IMG/VR virus record: IMGVR_UViG_3300026097_000001
Reading direction: 5' to 3' (one strand)
Source: a virus
Taxonomy: Duplodnaviria; Heunggongvirae; Uroviricota; Caudoviricetes
DNA length: 58,056 nucleotides
The notes under the pieces were generated by a model that saw only the letters and a program-made list of their open reading frames with translations, was not told the origin of the DNA and searched no databases. Position numbers and translations under genes: made by a program. Each line of letters starts with the position of its first letter. Position 1 is the first letter of the stretch. This document shows positions 31,524 to 40,863 of this stretch, piece by piece.

Positions 31524-33362
31524 TTATAGTGCAAACATATACTCTTTACGCAATGTGCTCTCCTTGCCAAACATCATCTGAAAGACCGATGCATCGTCAA
31601 CGGTAACTGTATCGTACACAGGACTATTAATGATCTTATCATACTCATCCTCTTGCAGGCTACCTAGACCTTTAATGTAACGATGCTTCCAACCAGACTG
31701 TTCTGTCTTAAATTGATTTGCTTCTTCATACGTATAGAACCACTTAACATCGGATCCTTTAGTCGAGATCATAATAGGAGTACGAGTAATGTTTACACGC
31801 TTTTCAGTCAGAAGGCGCGGCCAGAATTTATAGAAGAACGCAATCAGCAACGGAGAGATGTGACCGATACCATCGTGGTCAGCATCGGTAAGAGTTGCGA
31901 TCGTTGAGTATGACATATCATCGACACTGTTTGGATTATTGATATCTAGTCCTAGAACCGCAACCAACTCAGAGAGTTCTTTGTTCTTAAGAACATCGGC
32001 AGGTTTCATATCCCAGGTATTCATGATAACACCTCGAAGTGGATACGCGCCAACCTTATTTGGATCACGAACCTTAAGTAGGAAACCCATCGCCGAGTCA
32101 CCTTCCACGATCTTAAGAGTAGCACTATCGGTGTTTGCAGCGATATGCTTTGCGACCTTTACCTTACGCAGTTTCTTTTGAGCAAGCGTAGCAGCTCTTT
32201 TATCAGCAGCGAGTTTCTTTGCGAGTTGAGCTTCGATGATTGGCTCAATGATATCGTTAGCAGCAAAGATCTTTCTTGCGATATTCAGGAACTCTTTTGC
32301 TTGAGCATTCTCATAGTGTTCCTTTACGTTGCCGTAGGTATTCGTAAGGCGTTCTTTTGTCTGAGAGTCGAACTTTGGATTTGTAAAATTGCGAGCAAAC
32401 ATAACAAACGTAAGTCCACCTTTAATCGTATTCTTAGCAACCTCGATCTTATGTCGACGTTTAATCAAAACTCCGAGTTCTTCTACGATACCATTTACAA
32501 TAAAGTCAACGTATGCACCACCCTGTCGAGTATTCACACCGTTTACAAAACTGTTCGAGCGAAACCCATCCTCGGACGAAGCAAAGAAGAACGAAAGGTT
32601 ATCAGATACATCAGTAATTACCGAAGCGTTCTCTTCGGAAGTAAACATCTCGGCATACTTCTTGATATTGGAAATACGAATTCGTTTCTTGTTGAAAGAA
32701 AAGGCGATCTCGGGGAATGCCATCTGAAGACTGATGAGTCGATCCTCGAGGAGTGCAATCGTATCCAGTTCATCGAGCGAGTCAACCTCAAACAAAGTGA
32801 AGTCAGGAATAAACGATACTTCTGTACCGTTTCCTTGTTTAGCTTTTTCGTTTACCTTAATATCGAGCGCACCGGACTTACACTGTACCTCAATACAGTT
32901 ATCGCCTTGCCACGTTCTTCCAACGAACGATGATGAAAGAAAGTTGGTTGCCGCGGATCCTACGCCATTTGTACCAATCGTAACTCGATTATCATCGAAG
33001 CTGGTACCTGCGTTTACTTTTGTCCATGCTGCAACCGGCCGGGGAATATTTGTCTTTGATGTTTCGTCATATACATTTTCTTGAGGAATGCCACGACCAT
33101 TATCAGAGATCGTTACCTTGTCTCCGTTTACTGAAACATTGATCTTGTTTGCGAATTGGAAGTTTGTTCGGATTGCTTCGTCGATCGAATTATCAAGGAT
33201 CTCATCGATCATCTTTGATAACGCAGGAACGTATATCGACTTTTTCCATTGCCCTAGGACAAAACGCTCTACCTCTTCCTTTGAGGCGGATCCCATGTAC
33301 ATACCAATGCGAGTGCGTACGTGATCCCTTGCGGTTAGAATCTTGAATTCTTCTTTTGACAT
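31524..33362 (-). CDS. 39: DNA topoisomerase II large subunit (gp39+60, unsplit)
   Basis: EILDNSIDE, SDNGRGIP, GTNGVG, EGDSA, PLRG, TDADHDG, YIKGLGS; start set at ATG 33362 after AGGAG. Confidence 0.96.
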   Translation of the reverse strand: MSKEEFKILTARDHVRTRIGMYMGSASKEEVERFVLGQWKKSIYVPALSKMIDEILDNSIDEAIRTNFQFANKINVSVNGDKVTISDNGRGIPQENVYDETSKTNIPRPVAAWTKVNAGTSFDDNRVTIGTNGVGSAATNFLSSSFVGRTWQGDNCIEVQCKSGALDIKVNEKAKQGNGTEVSFIPDFTLFEVDSLDELDTIALLEDRLISLQMAFPEIAFSFNKKRIRISNIKKYAEMFTSEENASVITDVSDNLSFFFASSEDGFRSNSFVNGVNTRQGGAYVDFIVNGIVEELGVLIKRRHKIEVAKNTIKGGLTFVMFARNFTNPKFDSQTKERLTNTYGNVKEHYENAQAKEFLNIARKIFAANDIIEPIIEAQLAKKLAADKRAATLAQKKLRKVKVAKHIAANTDSATLKIVEGDSAMGFLLKVRDPNKVGAYPLRGVIMNTWDMKPADVLKNKELSELVAVLGLDINNPNSVDDMSYSTIATLTDADHDGIGHISPLLIAFFYKFWPRLLTEKRVNITRTPIMISTKGSDVKWFYTYEEANQFKTEQSGWKHRYIKGLGSLQEDEYDKIINSPVYDTVTVDDASVFQMMFGKESTLRKEYMFAL

Positions 33363-33420
33363 GATATACTCCTGGTAGTAAACACAGAGTGTGTTTGCAT
33401 AATTTAATATCAACAATACC

Positions 33421-33449
33421 AATCTATACTGATTCTATGCAAATGTCAA
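33421..33449 (-). promoter_or_regulatory. Sigma70-type promoter with AGAATCAG spacer box (topoisomerase operon)
   Basis: TTGACA-TTTGCATAGAATCAGTA-TAGATT. Confidence 0.75.
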
Positions 33450-33492
33450 CAAAAATATTGACGCCTAGAACCAGTATAGACGATATGAGTAA

Positions 33493-33870
33493 TTAGTAGT
33501 CTTCGTCTGAGCTTGAAGATTTACCTTTTGAATAAGCTTGAGCTCCAAAGAACGCAGCTACAAGACCAGCGATTGCAACAAAGTATGTCGGAGCAATGTC
33601 ACCAATGATACTTGCCGCTGAGTCTATTCCAAACATGCTCGTTGCAAGAATAAGAACTGGGTAGAGTAGCATACCCCAAAGAGCAAACCATGCCATCTGA
33701 CGGATTTGATCTTCCTTGGCGTCTTCGTTTTCTTGAAGCTTCTTTTTATGTTCAAACTCGGCAATCTCTTTTGCACGAGCCATTTCTTCGTCTGTGATTA
33801 CGCCATCACCGTCTGTATCCAAATGAGCATATATTGAATCTTCAGCTAGCGTCTTAGCTTTTTTAGCCAT
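33493..33870 (-). CDS. Membrane protein with EF-hand-like loop
   Basis: DTDGDGVITDEE plus two TM helices; TATAAATA at 33934-33941. Confidence 0.75.
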   Translation of the reverse strand: MAKKAKTLAEDSIYAHLDTDGDGVITDEEMARAKEIAEFEHKKKLQENEDAKEDQIRQMAWFALWGMLLYPVLILATSMFGIDSAASIIGDIAPTYFVAIAGLVAAFFGAQAYSKGKSSSSDEDY

Positions 33871-33993
33871 GTGTACCTCCTATAATTTATATAACATTGT
33901 ATATTCATTATAAAAGATCATCAAATCGCGATATATTTATACAAAAAGCCTCCCATATAGGAAGGCCGTTTGCGTTAATTAGATTCTTTAATT

Positions 33994-34905
33994 TTAGTAT
34001 GTTCCGCCTTCGAGAACTCCGCCTTCTTCACCAGAGGTCGGAATGGATCCACCAACGAACTTGCCGGTTGTTGCGTCAAACGATATGAAGTCGCCGTTCT
34101 CAATCGTTGTCATATCTATGTCGTCGAGTCTCTTCAAAAGAACCTCGCCACCACCGCCGATAGTACTCAGCTGATGATTAATCTTATTAATGAAATCACT
34201 ATAGTGTTTTTTCAGATCATCGAAGGTTACAAACTCCGCCTGTTCGTTAACTTGATTTGGCTGATGAATGTTTTTATTATTAGAAAATACTAATAGAGAT
34301 TCATCTATTTGATTCTGAGGCTCTTCCTCGTAATATTCTTCTTCAAGTTCCTCGTATTCTACAGACTCATCAACCTGAACAACTTCTATATCTTCTGCAC
34401 CATGATTTGAGAGGTCTATGTAATTTTCTTGAGTTTCTACTTGATTATATTCTTTAAGCAATTCGGCACGAATTCTTTCACGCTCTTTTTCCATGAGAGC
34501 CTGCTCGGCCAATTCAGCACGAATTCTTTCACGCTCTTTTTCTTGGCGTATTTTCGCTTCTTCTTCTAAACGTATTTTTTCAGCCTGTTCAAAGCGGATC
34601 TTCGCAAGCTCTTCTTGACGAATTTTTTCTAATTCTTCTTCTCTTATTTTTTTAACATTTGATAGTTCTTCGCTAAGCATATTAGCAAAATCTTTCAAAT
34701 GTGGCTCTGCGACTGCAATAAAGTTGTTCTTAGGTGCTTGTACCTTTTTAACCTTCACAGAACCTTTAGGAGGTACAACATTTGGAGCTCTACGCTGTTT
34801 TGGTTGCGTAGATTCATTTAAATTAGATATATCACGTTGAGCTTTTTTGTTTGACATATCATTAAGATAACTTAATGTGCCTGATACTGAATCGCTTTTA
34901 TTCAT
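33994..34905 (-). CDS. Coiled-coil protein with virion-protein-type C-terminal motif
   Basis: E/K/R-rich coil with EKERERIRAEL twice; ends LSTIGGGGEVLLKRLDDID. Confidence 0.65.
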   Translation of the reverse strand: MNKSDSVSGTLSYLNDMSNKKAQRDISNLNESTQPKQRRAPNVVPPKGSVKVKKVQAPKNNFIAVAEPHLKDFANMLSEELSNVKKIREEELEKIRQEELAKIRFEQAEKIRLEEEAKIRQEKERERIRAELAEQALMEKERERIRAELLKEYNQVETQENYIDLSNHGAEDIEVVQVDESVEYEELEEEYYEEEPQNQIDESLLVFSNNKNIHQPNQVNEQAEFVTFDDLKKHYSDFINKINHQLSTIGGGGEVLLKRLDDIDMTTIENGDFISFDATTGKFVGGSIPTSGEEGGVLEGGTY

Positions 34906-34968
34906 TTTTAGAAACCATTGTTGACTCTGTTTGGTTTTATTTATAAAAGTAAAGATATCTTAAAAGGA

Positions 34969-35598
34969 CTATACTGCGTCTTTTTTAATTTTTTTCAAGA
35001 TTACTTTATGTAGTCCTGGATTTACAACTAAAGCCTTTTGCATTACTTCGTGCCGAATAAAGTTTCTCATATAGGAAGTATCTTCATTTGATACATCCTC
35101 AATCCAAGGAACGTTGTTACGTCTACACCAATTTACAAACTCTGCCTTTCTATTCATTCGAAAAGGTCGAATAACATTTTTATTTGAATAAGGAATAATT
35201 TTCCCTTCCCCATGAAAACTGGACCAGATCCAAGTTTCTACGCAGTCGTCAAGGTGGTGGCATGTAATTACTTCTTCTTCACGATTATGAAAAAAGGCAT
35301 ACCTTTCATTTCGCCAATACTCTTCTTCGGACTCCCGGGACTTTTTTAAACGAGAAATATTTCCAACTTCTATTGAAACGTTTGTACCAATAGGTTTAGA
35401 ATTAAATTCTCGATTCTTACGGTTAACAAACTTTTTTAAAAACTCTAATGCTTCTGACGATGTCTCTGTACCATGATCAAAAAATAAAATATTTACGTTG
35501 TGATTCCTACGTAAGAAATCTACCGCAGCCATCGAGTCTACTCCACCTGAGCACGCAACACTTACGGTCCGAGGTAATTTTCCTTGAATCTGAAACAT
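34969..35598 (-). CDS. tilS: tRNA(Ile)-lysidine synthase (compact, PP-loop domain only)
   Basis: VACSGGVDS, FFDHG, RNERY, TCHHLDDCVET, IRPF, WIEDVSN, RNFIRH. Confidence 0.92.
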   Translation of the reverse strand: MFQIQGKLPRTVSVACSGGVDSMAAVDFLRRNHNVNILFFDHGTETSSEALEFLKKFVNRKNREFNSKPIGTNVSIEVGNISRLKKSRESEEEYWRNERYAFFHNREEEVITCHHLDDCVETWIWSSFHGEGKIIPYSNKNVIRPFRMNRKAEFVNWCRRNNVPWIEDVSNEDTSYMRNFIRHEVMQKALVVNPGLHKVILKKIKKDAV

Positions 35599-35741
35599 AT
35601 CTTATCCTACAATGAAGCCATCCTTTTCGGCTTGCTTGAGTAAGCTATTTACATATTCGAGGTACTCTTTAATAGTATAACCGTCTTTCATATCACTCTC
35701 CATTGTTTATACATATAGTCTACAACAAATATACAGGAATG

Positions 35742-36158
35742 TCAACCATTTTCTTTTGCTATAACTCTTTTTCTTAGCCCACTCGAGCTAAACCTATGAT
35801 TTCGTTTATTAAAGTATATATGTATGCCTAGCCGTTTGCATATCTCGCGACCTGTAAAATCTTTATCTTTATATTCTTCACCAAGGATACGTATATTAAT
35901 CGGATATGATTCGAGTATGTCCTCAAGATCCTTTTCCGTTTGGTACACGACAATTTCATCTACATATTTTACAGCGTTCAGCTGAGTGTATCTTTCAACT
36001 ATACTCTGTATAGGCGAGTTCTTTTCATCTCGATCTATGCTAGGATCTATTTGAAGGGCACAAATCAAATGATCACATTTTGTCTTTGCTTCCCTTAACA
36101 TCATAATATGTCCCGAGTGTAATAGATCAAACGATGATGCTACAATACCGGTTTTCAA
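35742..36158 (-). CDS. Cytidylyltransferase (TagD-like)
   Basis: SFDLLHSGH, QSIVER, ILGEEY, RNHRFSSS. Confidence 0.9.
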   Translation of the reverse strand: MKTGIVASSFDLLHSGHIMMLREAKTKCDHLICALQIDPSIDRDEKNSPIQSIVERYTQLNAVKYVDEIVVYQTEKDLEDILESYPINIRILGEEYKDKDFTGREICKRLGIHIYFNKRNHRFSSSGLRKRVIAKENG

Positions 36159-36853
36159 TGTTTGAACTCCTTTAAAATTTCAAACGTATGTTTCCAATCT
36201 TTTACGTGAAAAGACTTACTAGGATCTGAGAGTTGACTCGAAAGTGGATAATCGTTTCCATCCGGATCCATCTTATCACCAAAGAAATAAATCGTATCGT
36301 CTTTAAAATCTTTGAGTATCTGAGATTTATCATTTCCTTTTGGATATAAATCAAGACCAGTTTCTCCACCAACGCTTGCAGTAACATCTGGAAAAAGAGT
36401 GTTAATTTTCTTAGCTATTTTCTTACGTTCGTTCGTTTGGGTATCCCACCTAACGTATTCAAGTCTTTCGTTATAAGAAGCTTTCCTTCCAACTATGCTA
36501 AAGTTTGCAGAGCCAGGTCTTTCTTCAATATGCAAACCGGCACGGATCGGAAACTTGCTACCATTCAGCCACAAATCCAAATTTGCTCTAAGAGCCCTAG
36601 GTATCTGCCATGTAGAAGTTCTTATTCTTTTTCCATTTGACCACACGTCGCTTCCAGAACAGTTATATATTGTTTTTATGTGGCTTAGTAAATATTCTCC
36701 AAGCTGCTCAGAAGTTTTTTCATAGTCAGATCCAGTGACTAAGTATACTTCATTTTGAATACAAAAATCAATAAACCAAAGCCGAAAGTCTTCGTTTATT
36801 TTACTGCGACTTGGTGTAAGAGTTCCGTCTACATCAAAAACGTATTTTATCAT
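36155..36853 (-). CDS. HAD-family phosphomannomutase-like protein
   Basis: FDVDGTLT, VTGSD, IEERPG, GGETGLDLYP, FFGDK...GNDYP. Confidence 0.88.
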   Translation of the reverse strand: MIKYVFDVDGTLTPSRSKINEDFRLWFIDFCIQNEVYLVTGSDYEKTSEQLGEYLLSHIKTIYNCSGSDVWSNGKRIRTSTWQIPRALRANLDLWLNGSKFPIRAGLHIEERPGSANFSIVGRKASYNERLEYVRWDTQTNERKKIAKKINTLFPDVTASVGGETGLDLYPKGNDKSQILKDFKDDTIYFFGDKMDPDGNDYPLSSQLSDPSKSFHVKDWKHTFEILKEFKH

Positions 36854-36914
36854 AATTAAATTTTTCCTGCCCAGTGGCTACAATCGTCGCATGGATCACA
36901 CGGATTGTTTTCAG

Positions 36915-37091
36915 TTACCGATTTTTTAGTGTCTTTATGATTATCTGTTTGTCGATGTCTTCCATCCAAAACCATTCGGAAATTTCCTTTTGGGTCCTCT
37001 TGCAGCCGATGCATACGCCATCTTCAATAATACATATATTTAAACATGGATTTAAAAAGAGAGGAGGTTTTTTGTTTTTTCTTTTTACCAT
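36915..37091 (-). CDS. DUF1289-like Cys-rich protein (58 aa)
   Basis: Not in track; NPCLNICIIEDGVCIGCKRTQKEISEW. Confidence 0.75.
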   Translation of the reverse strand: MVKRKNKKPPLFLNPCLNICIIEDGVCIGCKRTQKEISEWFWMEDIDKQIIIKTLKNR

Positions 37092-37123
37092 TTTGTCTTT
37101 AAGGCCGTGCTATATTTATTTCA

Positions 37124-37131
37124 TATAAATA
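37124..37131 (+). promoter_or_regulatory. T4-type late promoter for gene 3
   Basis: Exact TATAAATA at the strand switch. Confidence 0.75.
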
Positions 37132-37172
37132 GATTATATAACATCTTTTCGCAAATGTAAATAGGAAAAACT

Positions 37173-37658
37173 ATGATAACCAATTATTTATCTCCGTTGG
37201 AGTTTGTTGTATCGGTTAAGAGATTACCTGGAGTTCAATTTTTTTCCCAGACGGTGAATATACCTTCGGTTTCAATAGCCCAAGTAGACCAAAATACGCC
37301 TTTTAAAATTGTTCCTGTGCCAGGGGATCGTTTGACGTATGGCGAATTGCCATTATCGTTTATAGTCGACGAGTCAATGAGTAATTATATAGAAGTTTAT
37401 GACTGGTTAAGAGCGTTATCATTTAACGAGGAATTTCCACAGTTTGATGGCATTAAGACTAGCGAATATGGTATTCTTACAGATATATCTATTGTAATTA
37501 TGAACAGCCACAAAAACCCAAACATTGAAATTCAATTTAGGGATTGTTTTCCAGTGAGTTTATCCGACATAACATTGGATACAACACAAACGGACGTTAT
37601 ATATCCACAAGCAACAGTTAGCTTTACTTTTAGAGATTTCATAATAACAAAAATATAA
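37173..37658 (+). CDS. 3: Tail completion/sheath stabiliser gp3-like
   Basis: NYLSP..F...RLPGVQFF.Q..NIP, L.YGEL.L.FIVDE.M.NY; synteny with uvsY/uvsW. Confidence 0.82.
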   Translation: MITNYLSPLEFVVSVKRLPGVQFFSQTVNIPSVSIAQVDQNTPFKIVPVPGDRLTYGELPLSFIVDESMSNYIEVYDWLRALSFNEEFPQFDGIKTSEYGILTDISIVIMNSHKNPNIEIQFRDCFPVSLSDITLDTTQTDVIYPQATVSFTFRDFIITKI

Positions 37659-37667
37659 GGAAATAAA

Positions 37668-38144
37668 ATGTACGAGTATAGGTGCACAGTAAACAAAGTA
37701 ATTGACGGGGACACGGTTGACGTTGATATAGAACTTGGATTTGGCGTAGTTCTTGCAGATGAAAGAGTTCGCATCATGGGAATCGATACTCCAGAATCCA
37801 GAACTTCAGATAAAGTTGAAGATTTGTTTGGAGAGGCTGCCAAAGCAAAAGTAAAAGAACTTCTTTCAGGCGATGTTATACTTAAAACAGAAGTTAGCAA
37901 AAGCGGCGAAGATATGAAAGGAAAGTTTGGGCGTGTGCTCGGAGACTTCATCATTGAAAACTATAAAGGCGAGGATAGACTCTTAACAGATATACTTATT
38001 GACGAAGGTCATGCTGTTGCTTATTTTGGTGGTTCAAAAGAGGATACACAGGCAGCACACGAAGTAAATCGCCAAAGACTACTCAACGAAGGTATCGTCG
38101 ATAGAGCAGAGTACGAAAAGCAAGTTGCTAAACAGAAAGGTTGA
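37668..38144 (+). CDS. Thermonuclease (SNase-like)
   Basis: VIDGDTVDV, RVRIMGIDTPE, GKFGRVLG. Confidence 0.9.
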   Translation: MYEYRCTVNKVIDGDTVDVDIELGFGVVLADERVRIMGIDTPESRTSDKVEDLFGEAAKAKVKELLSGDVILKTEVSKSGEDMKGKFGRVLGDFIIENYKGEDRLLTDILIDEGHAVAYFGGSKEDTQAAHEVNRQRLLNEGIVDRAEYEKQVAKQKG

Positions 38145-38202
38145 CATTTACATACCTTTGTGATATATTTGTACTATATACTATATAATGGAGAAGTGTG
38201 TG

Positions 38203-38637
38203 ATGGACATTGACGGAATTAACCAACTGTGGGCTCAGGACTGTAAGATCGATGAGACTAACTTGTCTCGTGAATCTGGGCGCATTCCTGAGCTTCACAA
38301 CAAATACTATAACCTATTTTATAGAGAAGCACTTAAAGTAAAGAAATTAAAGGCCGACCTTCTTGAATTTGAAAAGGTAAAGTCTGATTACTATGGTGGA
38401 ACTATGGATGAGCTTGAGCTCAAAGAGCGAGGTTGGAAACCGTTTCAACTTAAGGTCCTACGAGGTGATTTAGAACGTTATGTTCAAAGCGATAGTGAAA
38501 TTATTCAGCTTAGTCTAAAAATTGCTTTACACGAGGAAAGAGCCAAGTATCTAGAGAGTATTGTTCGACAGATAAATAATAGGAACTTCGTAATTAAAAA
38601 TATGATCGATTGGAGTCGTTTCCAAGCTGGCGGATAA
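38203..38637 (+). CDS. uvsY: Recombination mediator UvsY
   Basis: WAQDCKID..L......IPELHNKY, RNFVIKNMIDW; start set after GGAGA. Confidence 0.9.
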   Translation: MDIDGINQLWAQDCKIDETNLSRESGRIPELHNKYYNLFYREALKVKKLKADLLEFEKVKSDYYGGTMDELELKERGWKPFQLKVLRGDLERYVQSDSEIIQLSLKIALHEERAKYLESIVRQINNRNFVIKNMIDWSRFQAGG

Positions 38638-38655
38638 CAAGAATGCAGGTATATA

Positions 38656-40152
38656 ATGACAGACGTGGTAACAGTAGAATATATTAACGCCGTTCACATG
38701 AAAGTGACAGCGGATCCTGGTACACGCCAGGAGATAATGAATTACTTTTCCTTTCGCCCGGATGGGTATCAGTTTAATCCAAAATTCAAAGCGAGAGTCT
38801 GGGACGGTTACATTCGAATTTACCAGCCGATGCGTCCATTGTTATACGTCGGTCTCCTTCCATACCTAAAAAAATTCTGCGAAGAACGTGAATATAAACT
38901 CGAAATATCCGATGAATTATCTATAAACAATAATGTTCCTGAAGACTATGGCTACGAAATTGCAAAAGAGATAGACTGCAAGTTTACTCCACGTGATTAT
39001 CAGAATGAATACGTTGTAAACGCGGTTAAGAACAACCGTTCGCTTTCTCTATCGCCAACGTCTTCTGGCAAGTCTCTTATCATTTATCTAATTCAGCAGC
39101 ACTACTATCAAGCGTTTGGACACAGGACTCTTATCATTGTTCCAACCATTTCTCTTGTGCATCAAATGGCGGGTGACTTTGAGGACTATGGCTGTGATCC
39201 TTCTATGATATATAAGATCCAGGGTGGTGTGGATAAAGAAACGTCTGCGCCTATCGTAATTAGTACATGGCAGTCTCTAATTAAACAACCAAAGGAATGG
39301 TTCGATCAATTTAGAGTTGCTCTGGGCGACGAGGCTCATCTGTTCCAAGCAAAATCCTTGACGACCATCATGGAGAAGTTAACGAACTGCGAGTATCGCC
39401 ATGGATTTACAGGTACATTAAAGTCAGGTGAAACAAAAACTCACCAACTTATTCTCGAAGGTTGCTTCGGTCAAGTCAAGAGATTCGTAAAAACAAAGGA
39501 CCTCATCGAGGAGGGTACCGTTGCAAACTTTCAGGTAAAGGCACTCGTTCTTTCTCATCCAGAGAATAAACGAAAAGAATTCAGAAAAGCATTTAACTCA
39601 ATACAGGTTAAACAAAAGAGGTACCCCGCTGAAAGAGAGTACCTTATAAACCACGATAAGAGAAACATTTTTATTCGTAATCTCGTATGGTCTCTTAAGG
39701 GACAGAACAATCTTATTCTCTTTGATCTAGTTGAGAAACATGGTAAGGTATTAGAGCCACTCCTTCGGAGAGACGATCGTCAACTACATTTTGTATATGG
39801 TGGTGTAAAAGGAGATGAACGTGAAAACATTCGCCATCTCGTCGAGAACGATCCTATCAAACAACACGACATCCTCGCATCATACGGCGTATTCTCAACT
39901 GGTGTAAACATCAAGAGATTGGATAACGTGATCTTTGCATCAGGTTCAAAATCTGAGATCAAAGTACTTCAGTCCATCGGTAGATCATTGCGTAAAGCAG
40001 ATGACTCAAATAAAGCTACTCTTTATGATATCGCTGATGATCTATCAGTAGGAGCCTTTACGAACTATACTCTGAATCACTTTAAGAAACGTATCGAGAT
40101 ATACTCTGAAGAACACTTTCCATTCAAGATCTACACGATACCTCTAGAATAG
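38656..40152 (+). CDS. uvsW: DNA helicase UvsW
   Basis: PRDYQ, SPTSSGKS, GDEAH, FSTGVNI, QSIGRSLR. Confidence 0.96.
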   Translation: MTDVVTVEYINAVHMKVTADPGTRQEIMNYFSFRPDGYQFNPKFKARVWDGYIRIYQPMRPLLYVGLLPYLKKFCEEREYKLEISDELSINNNVPEDYGYEIAKEIDCKFTPRDYQNEYVVNAVKNNRSLSLSPTSSGKSLIIYLIQQHYYQAFGHRTLIIVPTISLVHQMAGDFEDYGCDPSMIYKIQGGVDKETSAPIVISTWQSLIKQPKEWFDQFRVALGDEAHLFQAKSLTTIMEKLTNCEYRHGFTGTLKSGETKTHQLILEGCFGQVKRFVKTKDLIEEGTVANFQVKALVLSHPENKRKEFRKAFNSIQVKQKRYPAEREYLINHDKRNIFIRNLVWSLKGQNNLILFDLVEKHGKVLEPLLRRDDRQLHFVYGGVKGDERENIRHLVENDPIKQHDILASYGVFSTGVNIKRLDNVIFASGSKSEIKVLQSIGRSLRKADDSNKATLYDIADDLSVGAFTNYTLNHFKKRIEIYSEEHFPFKIYTIPLE

Positions 40153-40314
40153 ATTCCACAACTCCCAGAATTATTAATTCTATTATACTCATTGTTCAAG
40201 AAATGTCAATGGAAAAATGAGCATATAATAAAAAATATTTTGTAATTATTGGTTGACATTTACAGTTTTTAGTTTAAAATCTATATTAACAGCACAATAA
40301 AGGAGTAGTGTCCA

Positions 40315-40863
40315 ATGGCTCGAAGGGTCAAAAAGAATTACGTAAATAATAAAGACTTACTTGAGGCTCTCATAGAGTACAAGAAAAAGTGTCAGGAGGC
40401 CGAGGACCAAGGAGACGAGTTGCCGACGGTCCCTAAGTATATCGGTGAGTGTATCTTTAAGATCGCAAATCGTCTCGCAACCAAACCAAACTTTTCAGGA
40501 TATACATACAAAGAAGATATGATCATGGACGGTATCGAAAACTGTCTATTATATATTGGTAACTTCGATCCGAACAAATCTTCAAATCCATTTGCATACT
40601 TTACACAGATCATTTGGTACGCCTTCCTGCGCCGAATACAAAAGGAAAAGAAGCAGATGTATATCCGCTTTAAGTCTTCTCATAATATGGTTGCACAGGG
40701 AGCAACTTACGAGTCCAACGAAGTTCAGTTACATTTGAATACGAACGCCGACTACATCAACCACTTTGTAAGTGACTACGAGGAAAAATTAGCAAAGAAT
40801 AAAGTTCCAAAAAAAGTTAAAGAGGACCTAGAAGAAGATCCTGAGAAAGATACTGATAAATGA
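40315..40863 (+). CDS. 55: Late sigma factor gp55
   Basis: YVNNKDLL, PNFSGYTYKEDMIMDGIENC, NPFAYFTQI. Confidence 0.96.
   Translation: MARRVKKNYVNNKDLLEALIEYKKKCQEAEDQGDELPTVPKYIGECIFKIANRLATKPNFSGYTYKEDMIMDGIENCLLYIGNFDPNKSSNPFAYFTQIIWYAFLRRIQKEKKQMYIRFKSSHNMVAQGATYESNEVQLHLNTNADYINHFVSDYEEKLAKNKVPKKVKEDLEEDPEKDTDK

Noticed and set aside
35602-35691. 29-aa ORF upstream of tilS as a second leader peptide
   Set aside because: No terminator/antiterminator pair and no striking codon composition; at most a small hypothetical gene.
36856-36975. Overlapping 39-aa Cys-rich ORF (MVLDGRHR...NPCDPCDDCSHWAGKI) behind the DUF1289-like gene
   Set aside because: Mostly overlaps another ORF and lacks an RBS; too weak to call without homologs.
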